A stretch of 64,000 nt of DNA from Verrucomicrobiota bacterium. GTDB taxonomy: Bacteria > Verrucomicrobiota > Verrucomicrobiia > Opitutales > Cerasicoccaceae. The notes under the pieces were generated by a model that worked only from the letters and a program-made list of their open reading frames with translations, was not told the DNA's origin and searched no databases. Both the position numbers and the translations under genes were made by a program. Below are positions 20,094 through 29,565 of this stretch, in pieces (the stretch's first letter is position 1; each line of letters begins with the position of its first letter). The stretch lies in NCBI GenBank assembly GCA_039818205.1, contig JBCBUK010000015.1:38980-102979 (forward strand), given 5' to 3'.

Positions 20094-20867
20094 ATGAAGC
20101 TTGTTCAAAAGAAGTTCTACTGCCTACTGATCGGTTCGTCCATTTCAGCGTCGAGCGCCTTCGCGCTGGTTCCGTTCTCGGACGATTTCACCGCTGCCGA
20201 TGGCTACACTGAAGGCGAAAATATCAACGGAATCAACGGCTGGAGTGATGCATCAGGCACATTTGACGTTTCTGATGTCGCCGGAGAAGGCATCCTCCAG
20301 ATCACATCCGGCGTTCAACCGAATTTTACTAAGATTAGCAACACTTCGATCGGTTCGACTTTTGATGTCGGCGATACGGTCATTTTCTCAAGCGAATTCG
20401 CGTTTGGCAACGGTGGCAACAACATCGGATTCAATGCCTACGGGTGGTTCATTGGTCTGGGCGACACCGCAACGGCGATTGACATTGGCGTTCAAGTTGG
20501 TGGCGTTGGCACGGATACTTTGGCGAGTATCTCGGGCGCAGTTTCCAACAACAATGTTGGGGCGCGAGATACCAACCAACACATCGCCTCAGTTTCCATT
20601 ACCAAGTCGGCCACTCCGGACCAGTTCGACGTCCAACTTTTCTTCGATGGTAGCTCGATCGAAACCACGACCATCACAAATGCTGGTCTTTACAGCGCAG
20701 CGAACTATTTCCTGGTCGCCCAGAATGGCGGCGGCGGTGTGAACTCCGTTGGAGGCGTTGCGGTCGACAGTGTTAGCGTGGTAGTTCCTGAGCCAAGCAC
20801 TTACGCGCTTGTTGCTGGGCTAAGCGCCTTGATCGGCCTTGGAATCGTCCGCCGCAAACGCGCGTAG
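20094..20867 (+). CDS. PEP-CTERM protein (single beta-sandwich-like domain)
   Basis: Signal peptide ...ASSAFA; VPEPSTYALVAG, TM helix and RRKRA. Confidence 0.92.
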   Translation: MKLVQKKFYCLLIGSSISASSAFALVPFSDDFTAADGYTEGENINGINGWSDASGTFDVSDVAGEGILQITSGVQPNFTKISNTSIGSTFDVGDTVIFSSEFAFGNGGNNIGFNAYGWFIGLGDTATAIDIGVQVGGVGTDTLASISGAVSNNNVGARDTNQHIASVSITKSATPDQFDVQLFFDGSSIETTTITNAGLYSAANYFLVAQNGGGGVNSVGGVAVDSVSVVVPEPSTYALVAGLSALIGLGIVRRKRA

Positions 20868-20954
20868 CGGATTTATCAAACAACTTTATTGGTGTTAGAT
20901 TGCACGAATAAAAGCTGTTGAGAAGCAGCTGAACAGACAGTATACTATTAGGGG

Positions 20955-20994
20955 GCAAATGCCACGTTCGAGAGATCCTCACCGTGGCATTTGC
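20955..20994. terminator. Hairpin downstream of the PEP-CTERM gene
   Basis: Perfect 12-bp stem GCAAATGCCACG/CGTGGCATTTGC; no strong U-tract. Confidence 0.5.
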
Positions 20995-21106
20995 TGTGTC
21001 TGGACAGATTCTTTTGGTGCTGCGAGGATTTCGACGGAGTAGATCGCCGTCTGCTTTTGAGAAGTAGGGTGTTGACGATTGAGCATCCTGGCCTACTGAT
21101 CACGGA

Positions 21107-21847
21107 ATGCGATCGGTCATCTTCATACTGGTTGCCTCACTTTTTCTCATCGGATGCGGGGCTAGTCAAAAGATCACAGTAGACAAACAGCTTACCAATC
21201 GTGCGTTGTCTACGGGAACCTCGACCCCGATGGGCCTGGTGTTTGGATCAATTGGGCATGGGAAACAGGATGGAGAGGGGTTTCCGCACAAAGAGATGCA
21301 TTTGAAATACGAGGGAGATCGCCACAAAAGCAAGTTTGAGTTGACCAGCACAAGTGTCTTTGACCATGTGGACGACCAAGGAAACGTCGAGATTTTCGCT
21401 GAGATGATGCCACCGGGTCGCTATGCGATAACCGGATTTTATGTTTCTACGTTAAGTATGTTTGGCGGAGGATCCTGGGAGAATAGAAACCCGTTTTACA
21501 TCCAATTTGAAGTTAAGGCCGGGCAAGCTACCTACATTGGTGAGTATTTACACCACATGGCATTGCGAAGTGGAGACCCGTCATGGTTTGCCATACACGG
21601 CGGCACTTACTTCGTTGTCAGCGACCAGTTCGAGCGCGATGAAGCTTTGTTTGAAGACAAATTTCCTAACTTTCAGCTTCGGGATGTCTTTCAAGACGTT
21701 CCGACGCGCGATGAGGTGCCTGATAACGTCTTTTTCTTCTTCAACGATACGCGATTACTGCCTGATGGCCTGGACCGGATCGAGGACGAGCACTACGACG
21801 AGTACATTCGTCCGGTGGTCATCCCGGTTGTTGTTCCTGCTTCGTAA
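21107..21847 (+). CDS. Putative lipoprotein, function unknown
   Basis: Lipobox FLIGC; PPGRYAITGF...FEVKAGQATYIG beta-sandwich pattern. Confidence 0.75.
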   Translation: MRSVIFILVASLFLIGCGASQKITVDKQLTNRALSTGTSTPMGLVFGSIGHGKQDGEGFPHKEMHLKYEGDRHKSKFELTSTSVFDHVDDQGNVEIFAEMMPPGRYAITGFYVSTLSMFGGGSWENRNPFYIQFEVKAGQATYIGEYLHHMALRSGDPSWFAIHGGTYFVVSDQFERDEALFEDKFPNFQLRDVFQDVPTRDEVPDNVFFFFNDTRLLPDGLDRIEDEHYDEYIRPVVIPVVVPAS

Positions 21848-21886
21848 GGGTTTGGAGCTTCCTGGTGTTCTCCTTTGAAATATGTC

Positions 21887-22342
21887 TTAACAAGGCCAAG
21901 GAAAGCTTCTCGAGCGGGCGTGGTCGGGGTAACCACTTGGGCATACTTGCACTTCGCTGGATGGAAGCGTGTAGATGAACTTCGTCGCTTGTGGCTTGTT
22001 CGCTGCGACATCCAAACGCCATTGTATGGTTTGTCCGGCATGTATGCGGCAGACGTCACCGGTATTCGAATCGGTCCACCAGCGGTCAAAGGTGTAGAAT
22101 ACAGCACCATCGGCATCGGTCTCTATCTCGGCGGGACGGATATCGAGCAGGTCCCACCACACCTTTGGGTACTTCAATCGAAAGGCGGCTTGTCCGGCCA
22201 TGACCGTTGATCGGTCTTCGCCAAGGGGTGGATAGCTAATGTCTGGTGCGAACAGCGATGCGATGCCATCGAGGTCGTGCTCGTTGCTTAGTTGGCAATA
22301 TGTGCGGGTTGCGCGGATAAATATGTCACTTTCGATTGTCAT
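21887..22342 (-). CDS. SnoaL/NTF2-like protein
   Basis: YCQLSNEHDLDGIASLFAPDISY N-terminal NTF2 pattern. Confidence 0.65.
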   Translation of the reverse strand: MTIESDIFIRATRTYCQLSNEHDLDGIASLFAPDISYPPLGEDRSTVMAGQAAFRLKYPKVWWDLLDIRPAEIETDADGAVFYTFDRWWTDSNTGDVCRIHAGQTIQWRLDVAANKPQATKFIYTLPSSEVQVCPSGYPDHARSRSFPWPC

Positions 22343-22523
22343 CGGTGGTTGTTGATTTTCAATCGCCGTGTCGGCTTAGGCAAGCGTGGGCTAAGCTTGA
22401 ATCTCAGGGACTCGGGTTCGGCCTTCTGAAGCCGGCCGTATTTGATAATTGTGTTCAATTCGATTAGGCGCTAGTCAACGTCTGAATTTTCGTTGGTATA
22501 GTCCCTTATCGTTGAATGCAAAT

Positions 22524-24014
22524 ATGAGCCTGAGGAATCGATTACTGTGGGTTGGATTGGCGCTGGTGACTTCGTTCCTACTCGCTTTGACCCTCGGCGA
22601 GATTTATCCCGCGTGGTGGATACTGCCAACACTTGCATTGGTCGCCGGATCCGTCTTTGCGGCAACGTCAGAAGGCTTTGAGCGGCGATTCGTGCCCCAG
22701 TGCGGTCCTCGACCACTTGGGCTTTGTCGAATCGTTGTGGCGTTCTCCCTGCTTGTGCTGACTTTCAATACCGAAAGTATTCCATCGACAAGTTATTTGC
22801 CCGCCGAGCTTCAGAAGCACATGGGTTTCTATTCGCTGCTTACACAAATCCCTTTCGTGGATGTGTTGGTAGGCAATCATCTCGTTCTGATGATCATCCA
22901 ACATGGAACCCAACTGGCATTGGTCGGGGTTATTTTGGGTTGGCGGCTGAAGATTACGTTGCCAGTCGCGTGCCTGGGCTATTTTTGTATCGCCGCGATA
23001 CTTCGGCAGTACAGCTGGTTCTATCATACTGGGCTGATTCCGTGGCTATCGCTAGTTACGCTAGCTTTTTTCCCTTCGGGTGATGCTCTAAGGATTGGCA
23101 AAAAGGACGTGCGTGATTCTTCGTCTTTGTCCAACAATTATGGCTGGGGGCTGTTTTGTGTTTGGGCAACCATAGCGATCCCCTATATGGCTGCCGGGTT
23201 AAGTAAGCTGCGCTTTGGCGGACTATGGTGGGAGGGTGCGAATATTCAGGGGCATATGTTGCAGACGGCTCTGGATCCTATGGCATTCGATTTCGGCTGG
23301 GCAGTACACAGCATTCATTGGCCTCATTGGATACTTGTGATACTTGGATTGAGTGCCGTATTTGGCGAGCTGGCAATGATCTTGGTGCTCTTCTCTCGCA
23401 CGGCTCGTATGGTTCTCCCGGCAGTCATGGTGCTGATGCATATCGGGATTCTTTTTCTTCAAAACATTTTGTTCCTTGATCTAATACTAATTCAAGCGGT
23501 GTTTTACGTTACTTTGTTTGACCGCTTTGTTCCGCAGAGTGAAATTGGATCCGGCTATGTTTCAGCTAGAAGCAATCTGTTCCACCGAGGTAAACTAGTA
23601 TTGATGGCATGGGTAACGTTGCTCGTTACTTCATGGATGTTTACGATCGAGTTCTTTCCACTTACCTCGATGCGAATGTTCAGCAAACGTGCCGACTCGG
23701 GCACAGTGGTGTACTATGAGTTATGGCAACAGCACCCTGATGGCAGATTGGTCAAAGCAGATCCTAGTGTGGAGCTTGCCTGTATGGATGACAGCCGATA
23801 TCGCCGGTATCTCAGCGGTGCGTTTTCGCCGAATGGCGCGCCGCAAGCCTCTGCCTTTTTTCGTTCTTGGGTGAGCGTCTACAACGAACAATCTGAGGCC
23901 AACAAAAGAATTGTCCGGTTGATCCTTGTCCGTAAGCAATGGAATTACCGCGAAGATCCTGATTCAGAATCTAGATCTACTCGTGAATTCAAGATCTCTC
24001 TGGACTTGGATTAG
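22524..24014 (+). CDS. HTTM-like multi-pass membrane protein
   Basis: LGLCRIVV, YMAAGLSKL, MHIGILFLQNILF and FFPLTSMRMFS motifs; about 10 TM helices; likely start MSLRN. Confidence 0.7.
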   Translation: MSLRNRLLWVGLALVTSFLLALTLGEIYPAWWILPTLALVAGSVFAATSEGFERRFVPQCGPRPLGLCRIVVAFSLLVLTFNTESIPSTSYLPAELQKHMGFYSLLTQIPFVDVLVGNHLVLMIIQHGTQLALVGVILGWRLKITLPVACLGYFCIAAILRQYSWFYHTGLIPWLSLVTLAFFPSGDALRIGKKDVRDSSSLSNNYGWGLFCVWATIAIPYMAAGLSKLRFGGLWWEGANIQGHMLQTALDPMAFDFGWAVHSIHWPHWILVILGLSAVFGELAMILVLFSRTARMVLPAVMVLMHIGILFLQNILFLDLILIQAVFYVTLFDRFVPQSEIGSGYVSARSNLFHRGKLVLMAWVTLLVTSWMFTIEFFPLTSMRMFSKRADSGTVVYYELWQQHPDGRLVKADPSVELACMDDSRYRRYLSGAFSPNGAPQASAFFRSWVSVYNEQSEANKRIVRLILVRKQWNYREDPDSESRSTREFKISLDLD

Positions 24015-24107
24015 GTATCGATCGCAACCGAGCGGCTTGAGCCGATTGGGTTTTCAATATAGCGACACGTAAGCGGTGTCGGCATTGCATATCCCATTGG
24101 GGTGCGG

Positions 24108-25292
24108 CTACTGGAACTGATTGAGTGAGAATTTCGCCGCTTGATAGCGCAAAAGGACTCCGCATCCATCATAGTCATCCAGATAACTGCCACGCGGGAC
24201 AAACTCGATTGGTAGATCCTTACGGAAGGCGAGTTCGATGAGATCTTCCAAACGTTTTTCAGTTGTCATAAATTCACCCGAGGCCGTGCGATGATGGTAG
24301 GCACGGAGACGTTTAGTTTGCTCTTCTTCTGACGCAGCAAGAATGATCAGGTCAGCTACCCCTGCGCGAACTGCAGCTTCGCATTTATCCAGGCCGACGG
24401 CTGCACCGCCACCATTGAGAATGCATGTTCTTAGTCTTTCCAAATGAACTTCCGATTGGCGGGTTTCTTCTTCGACAAAAGCCTTGATCGTTTCGGCGAC
24501 GACTTTCTCCCGCTGGTCGTTGACGCCTAACCGCCGAATATCGATAACTCGTTGTTTCAGGTGGGATGGAAGGGCTTTCTCGATCATCGCGATTCGATCG
24601 ACTTTTCCGGCAAGCACGAGATGAGTGTAGCCTCCCTGGGTCATCAATCGATCGAGTAGCTCGATCTTCTCTCGAACAAATCGGCGGTCCCGGTCGCGAC
24701 GATGGTTCTGGTAGTGTTGGCGGGTCCATTCGCGACCAACTCGTTTCCGGAGCTCAGGACGATTGAGCCATTCTTCTCGGGTAACCGAGCCGAGCACGAT
24801 CTCAACAATGCGTGCTTCTTCCTCGGTGCTGATCAGGACGATGTAGCGATCGTAGCTGTCTTTCAGCTCGATGAGTGGAACAATGTTGGGCGAGAAGTCA
24901 GCAATCGCATTTGGCTTTAGCGGCACATGAAAGGCGATTATCTTGATGAAAGGCTCACGACCACCTCGTGCATGCACCGCGATTCCTCGGAAAGTGCTGT
25001 CGATTCCTTGGCCAATCGCATCAAGGATCTTTGCTTCAACTTGAAACAGATGAGCGATCGATACGAATTGCAACCCGGCCTCTAGTTTTCGGCCAAGCCG
25101 ACGAACTTGGTTTCCGATTGCCTCATCTTCATCGATGTTCAGGAAAAAACTGAAGACGATGTCATCGTTCTCCTCAATTCGAATCAGGCTTCTGAGGTGT
25201 GAATTGAGATCATAGGGTTGAGACATAGCCAGGCCCTGAGGGGGTCGTTGGCCAATCTCGGAGGTCGATTCATAGTCACTGTGTTCGTTCAT
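24108..25292 (-). CDS. Bacterial aeRF1-like (baeRF/host-attachment family) protein lacking GGQ; Balon-like hibernation factor candidate
   Basis: RGIAVHARGG, DRYIVLISTEEEARI, HLVLAG, GGAAVGLDKC and C-terminal DGCGVLLRY match eRF1 domains 2 and 3; the GGQ loop position reads VGREWTRQHYQNH. Confidence 0.8.
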   Translation of the reverse strand: MNEHSDYESTSEIGQRPPQGLAMSQPYDLNSHLRSLIRIEENDDIVFSFFLNIDEDEAIGNQVRRLGRKLEAGLQFVSIAHLFQVEAKILDAIGQGIDSTFRGIAVHARGGREPFIKIIAFHVPLKPNAIADFSPNIVPLIELKDSYDRYIVLISTEEEARIVEIVLGSVTREEWLNRPELRKRVGREWTRQHYQNHRRDRDRRFVREKIELLDRLMTQGGYTHLVLAGKVDRIAMIEKALPSHLKQRVIDIRRLGVNDQREKVVAETIKAFVEEETRQSEVHLERLRTCILNGGGAAVGLDKCEAAVRAGVADLIILAASEEEQTKRLRAYHHRTASGEFMTTEKRLEDLIELAFRKDLPIEFVPRGSYLDDYDGCGVLLRYQAAKFSLNQFQ

Positions 25293-25310
25293 CCTGATTC
25301 CTTGTTCGAA

Positions 25311-26279
25311 TTATTGATAGAAAAATTGGCTTAGCGTGTAGAGAAGCGGGATCCCGATAACCAAATTGAACGGGAAGGTAATGCCGAGCGATGTTGTGAC
25401 ATAGTAACCGGGATTTGCTTCGGGAAGCGAAGCTCGGACGGCGGCCGGCGCGGCAATGTACGAAGCACTTGCGGTCAATACGGCAAAAAGAATCGCGCCT
25501 CCTTGGGACAGGCCGATTACGTAGGCAAGGGACAGTCCGGCTATGCCTTGGACAATGGGTGCTACAAGCGCGAACACGATCAGTCTATAACCGGCCTTTC
25601 TCGCATCTTTGAGGCGTTCTCCGGCAACAAGCCCCATTTCCAGCAAGAAGATTATCAGTACTCCATAGAAGGGCGTGACCAAGAACGGCTTCACGAGTGC
25701 ATAGCTCTCAGCGCCAGCAAACGCACCGATCATCAAACCGCACACTAAAAGTAGCAGACTCTTTCCAGTGACGACTTCATGGATCGAACTCGCCAGCGAT
25801 ACACGCGACTCGGGCGAGAACCGTTTGGCCAAAAGCATCGCCACAAATATTGCCGGGATCTCCATGGCCGCCATTACCGCAGGCATGAATGATTCGTATT
25901 GCATGCTTTGTTGATCCAGGAACGCCATGCAGGCCATAAAGGTCACTGCAGAGACCGATCCGTAGTGTGCCGCGAGTGCCGCAGCGTTTGCGACACTTAG
26001 GTTTAGGAATGCTTTTGTCGCGAAGAACACAGCGACCGGTATGACCGCGCCGATGACCAACGTACCAATCAGCGGGAGCGCGAGTGCCGAGAAGCTAGTC
26101 GATGCAATCGCAGTTCCGCCTTTGAATCCAATGGCCAAAAGAAGGTAGATCGTTAGGGCTTGGTAGACTTGTTCAGGAAACTTCAGGTCGCTCCGAGAGA
26201 GTACGGCGACCACCCCAGCAGCAAATGCGATTACTGGCGGTGAGAGAAGGTTGTTGCTGACAATTGAGAGTGAATCCAT
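25311..26279 (-). CDS. sbtA: Sodium-dependent bicarbonate transporter SbtA family
   Basis: YLLLAIGFKGG, AAHYGSVSAVTF, MEIPAI, FLLEMG, ASASYIAAPAA, SLGITFPFNL. Confidence 0.92.
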   Translation of the reverse strand: MDSLSIVSNNLLSPPVIAFAAGVVAVLSRSDLKFPEQVYQALTIYLLLAIGFKGGTAIASTSFSALALPLIGTLVIGAVIPVAVFFATKAFLNLSVANAAALAAHYGSVSAVTFMACMAFLDQQSMQYESFMPAVMAAMEIPAIFVAMLLAKRFSPESRVSLASSIHEVVTGKSLLLLVCGLMIGAFAGAESYALVKPFLVTPFYGVLIIFLLEMGLVAGERLKDARKAGYRLIVFALVAPIVQGIAGLSLAYVIGLSQGGAILFAVLTASASYIAAPAAVRASLPEANPGYYVTTSLGITFPFNLVIGIPLLYTLSQFFYQ

Positions 26280-26287
26280 AGCGAGTT

Positions 26288-26674
26288 CTAGCGGTTGTTA
26301 GGAGTGCTAAGTTCAGCATTCCGATGATCCGTCGTTTGCGAATCTGCGTGTTTATTCGTGTCGTCTACCTTGCGGGAGTTTCCTGCCGCATGATGTGAAT
26401 GTTTGGACGAATGAGTTAACCGTCCGATTAAATGTGCTGCAATCGGTGCGGTCAGATAGAAGAAGAGAATGATCAGGCAGCTTTGGATGATCGTTCGTGG
26501 GCTTGGATTGGCAATGACCAGCGCCAAGAGCATCAGGCTTAGACCAAAAGCGCCGGCCTTGGTTGCCGCATGCAAGCGGCAAAGAGTATCCGGCATCCGG
26601 ACGACTCCGATGGAGGCGATTAGCGCAAATCCTGCGCCCAACAGGATAAAAATACTTACGATGATCTCGAGCAT
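26288..26674 (-). CDS. mrpG: Mrp Na+/H+ antiporter subunit G
   Basis: GVVRMPDTLCRLHAATKA; LTAPIAAHLI. Confidence 0.93.
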   Translation of the reverse strand: MLEIIVSIFILLGAGFALIASIGVVRMPDTLCRLHAATKAGAFGLSLMLLALVIANPSPRTIIQSCLIILFFYLTAPIAAHLIGRLTHSSKHSHHAAGNSRKVDDTNKHADSQTTDHRNAELSTPNNR

Positions 26675-26961
26675 TAGATGTTCTCTTTGGTTTCCAAATA
26701 TTGAGCCAAGGCAACCGTCGCGATAAACGCGATCACTGCAATGGCGGTGGCGGCATCCAGGTATGAGACAAAGCTACTGGTGAAAACGAGAGTTACCAGC
26801 TGAGCCATGATCAGCGCAGCGAGGAGGTCGAGGGCCACGATTCGATCAAAGGGCGTTGGCCCGATCGCAATGCGCCAAACCGTGAGTAATACACCGGCGC
26901 CAATGAGCGTTTGCGCAATTATCAAAACCCAATTTGGTAACTGAATAATCTCAGAAAACAC
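26674..26961 (-). CDS. mrpF: Mrp Na+/H+ antiporter subunit F
   Basis: GPTPFDRIVALD; AFIATVALAQYL. Confidence 0.93.
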   Translation of the reverse strand: MFSEIIQLPNWVLIIAQTLIGAGVLLTVWRIAIGPTPFDRIVALDLLAALIMAQLVTLVFTSSFVSYLDAATAIAVIAFIATVALAQYLETKENI

Positions 26962-27274
26962 GAATAACCCTTTCCTTCATTTGATTCGTTAGGTCGTCCT
27001 CAATTGCCTGAGGATCGGAGGCAAACATCGCATGAACTGAAAGCGTCTTTCGGTCTGGCGATACCTCCAGGCTAAGGGTGCCTGGGGTCATGGTGATTAG
27101 GTTGGACAGTGCGAAGAGTTGCCGGTCAGTAAGGTCCGCAACTGGTACCTCGACGATGCCAGGGATGATCTGCGGGGAGGGCCGAAGCACATTAATGGCA
27201 ACGACAACGTTACTTGATATGACCTCCTTCAGATAGAACACGAGGAACTCAATGGTATTGATCAGCTTATTCAT
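26951..27274 (-). CDS. mrpE: Mrp Na+/H+ antiporter subunit E
   Basis: PGIVEVP; LSNLITMTPGTLSL; LSVHAM. Confidence 0.93.
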   Translation of the reverse strand: MNKLINTIEFLVFYLKEVISSNVVVAINVLRPSPQIIPGIVEVPVADLTDRQLFALSNLITMTPGTLSLEVSPDRKTLSVHAMFASDPQAIEDDLTNQMKERVIRVF

Positions 27275-28790
27275 GATTTGCTACGAGTCCTACTTTTTCG
27301 GTGGGTCCGAGTACGGATTCGATGTAACCGCTCGGATCTAAAAGTTGGGCGCTGGATGCTTCAGCAAGGGCGAAGAGAGGATCGCTCCAAAGACCGATGA
27401 CCAGGGTCATTGTGGTTAAGGCGATGCAGGGCGCTAGCAGCGGCCATACGATTGCTTTCTGCTTGGGCGGAGCGTCGGCTTGCTCATCTGGAGAAGCTTT
27501 CCAGAAGGCTTCGGCCCAGATCTTTGTCATCGAGAAAAGAGTTAACACCCCGACAATTAGCGCTACGGTGACGAGCAGGTAGTGTTGCTCATCGAGCCCC
27601 GCCTTAATAACGCTAAACTTTGCCCAGAAACCCGATAGTGGTGGAATCCCTCCGAGAGAGAATGCCGGGATGAAAAAGACAAGTGCGATGCCCGGTGCCC
27701 AGCGATAGAGTCCACCGATTTTCTTGAGATCCGTGCTGCCACAATGATTCTTGATTACACCAGCCAGCAGAAACAGATTTGTTTTCACAATGATGTGATG
27801 CAAGGTGTAGAAGATGGCTCCCGCCAGCGCCAGCGCACTGCCGATGGCCAAGCCCATAACCATGTATCCAATTTGACTGACAATGTGGAATGAGAGGATC
27901 TTGCGAATCTCATACTGGGCTGCTGCGCCAAGCACGCCCGTCACCATCGTCGCGCCTGCGAGAAAGACCAGGATTCCTTGGACAATCTCAAACTGGCTAT
28001 GGAAAAGCAGCGTGTAAGAACGAATGAGCGCATAGACGCCAACCTTGGTCAGGAGCCCAGCGAACAAAGCCGAGATTACTAGCCGGGGTGTGTGGTAAGA
28101 GGCCGGTAGCCAAAAGAAGAAGGGAAACATCGCGGCCTTGATGCCGAATGCAACCAGAAGCAGCATCGCACTGCTGTTGATCAGGACTGCGTCGCTTGTT
28201 TGGGCAACCTTCACGGCGATGTCGGCCATGTTTAATGTGCCTAGCTTGCCGTAGATCAAACCGACTCCACTGAGAAAGAGAATCGAGGAGACGAGGTTGA
28301 TGACTAGATACTTCACCCCGCCTTCGAGTTGGTCACGCTTACCGCCAATGGTAATTAGAACAAACGAGGCTAGCAGCATGACTTCAAACCAGACGTAGAG
28401 GTTGAAGAGGTCGCCAGTGACGAAGGCACCATTCACGCCCATCAACAATAGAAAGACGAGTGCATAGAAATGCTTTCGTTGTAGATACTCATCGATATCG
28501 CCGATCGAATAGACTACGACCGCGAGGGCTATTATGCCGGTGATTAGCACCATAGCTGCGCTCAACTTATCAACCACCAGGCTAATGCCGATCGGTGCGG
28601 GCCAGGTACCCACTTGGAACACAATATAGTCGTGGTGCCAGACCTGAGTAAACAGACCGATTGAGCAAATGAGCAGCGTCACTCCGCCAGCTATCGCGAG
28701 GTTACGATTGAGCCGGTGGTGCCGACTCGTTCCGAGGCACGCGATGGCAAAGATCGCCGGGATAAATATGATGGATAGTAGCCAGATCAT
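27267..28790 (-). CDS. mrpD: Mrp Na+/H+ antiporter subunit D
   Basis: TGDLFNLYVWFEVML, KAAMFPFFFWLPASY, LTKVGVYA, GIPPLSGFWAK. Confidence 0.95.
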   Translation of the reverse strand: MIWLLSIIFIPAIFAIACLGTSRHHRLNRNLAIAGGVTLLICSIGLFTQVWHHDYIVFQVGTWPAPIGISLVVDKLSAAMVLITGIIALAVVVYSIGDIDEYLQRKHFYALVFLLLMGVNGAFVTGDLFNLYVWFEVMLLASFVLITIGGKRDQLEGGVKYLVINLVSSILFLSGVGLIYGKLGTLNMADIAVKVAQTSDAVLINSSAMLLLVAFGIKAAMFPFFFWLPASYHTPRLVISALFAGLLTKVGVYALIRSYTLLFHSQFEIVQGILVFLAGATMVTGVLGAAAQYEIRKILSFHIVSQIGYMVMGLAIGSALALAGAIFYTLHHIIVKTNLFLLAGVIKNHCGSTDLKKIGGLYRWAPGIALVFFIPAFSLGGIPPLSGFWAKFSVIKAGLDEQHYLLVTVALIVGVLTLFSMTKIWAEAFWKASPDEQADAPPKQKAIVWPLLAPCIALTTMTLVIGLWSDPLFALAEASSAQLLDPSGYIESVLGPTEKVGLVANHE

Positions 28791-29140
28791 GAAATTTGGT
28801 CTGTTTGATTGAAGGCGTCGATGTCATCGCTGCCGACGGCGATATAAGCCCGCAGCAATAGCGAGATGGAGAATACGACCAATCCGAAGCCAATAACGAT
28901 TGCAGTGAGTACCAAAGCTTGAGGGAGTGGGTCTGCGTAGCCTTCGGGAGGAAGTTGAGAGTCGCCCAGGACAAATGCTGGCGTGTTCAGTGTGAGCCCA
29001 CCCGCAGCGAACACCAACAGGTTGGCAGCCTGACTTAATAGCATGATGCCAACCACGAGCTTCATAATACTCCTGCGCAAGATGCAGAAGATACCTGCGG
29101 CAAACAGTGTTCCAATGAGTATCGCGATTAATGTGTCCAT
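28787..29140 (-). CDS. mrpC: Mrp Na+/H+ antiporter subunit C
   Basis: ADPLPQALVLTAIVIGF. Confidence 0.95.
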   Translation of the reverse strand: MDTLIAILIGTLFAAGIFCILRRSIMKLVVGIMLLSQAANLLVFAAGGLTLNTPAFVLGDSQLPPEGYADPLPQALVLTAIVIGFGLVVFSISLLLRAYIAVGSDDIDAFNQTDQIS

Positions 29141-29565
29141 TCAGAATCTCCGCTAGTTGCGAGTGCCTCGGCGCACTGGATAGTAAAGCCGCAGACGGTC
29201 AGGTATACGCCGATGTCGAATAGCAGTGGCGTTCCCAGCATAACCTTTCCAATAATGGGAAGCTCGAGCTTCGGCAGCCACATGCCTTGCATGAACTCTC
29301 CAGTCACCACTAGGCCGAACGCTCCGCTGGCTATTGCGAGGCAGAGGCCAACGATCATGAGCTGGTCGGCCCGAATTGGTAGCGTTTGTTGGATCTTTTC
29401 CCAACCGGTAGCCAACGCGATGGTAAGCAGTGCGCACGCAGCAATGAGCCCGCCAATGAAGCCGCCGCCCGGAAGGTTGTGCCCCCGATAGAGCGTTACC
29501 AGCGATAGTAAAAAGAGCAGCACCGAAAGGTATTTACTCGATATGTTGAGGAGTGTGGATTGCAT
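29128..29565 (-). CDS. mrpB: Mrp Na+/H+ antiporter subunit B
   Basis: RGHNLPGGGFIGGL; LLFDIGVYL. The ATG at 29565 overlaps the mrpA stop. Confidence 0.93.
   Translation of the reverse strand: MQSTLLNISSKYLSVLLFLLSLVTLYRGHNLPGGGFIGGLIAACALLTIALATGWEKIQQTLPIRADQLMIVGLCLAIASGAFGLVVTGEFMQGMWLPKLELPIIGKVMLGTPLLFDIGVYLTVCGFTIQCAEALATSGDSEWTH

Noticed and set aside
20868..22520. Integron cassette array (small unrelated genes with hairpins)
   Set aside because: Gene orientations are mixed, and I found no convincing attC boxes or integrase.
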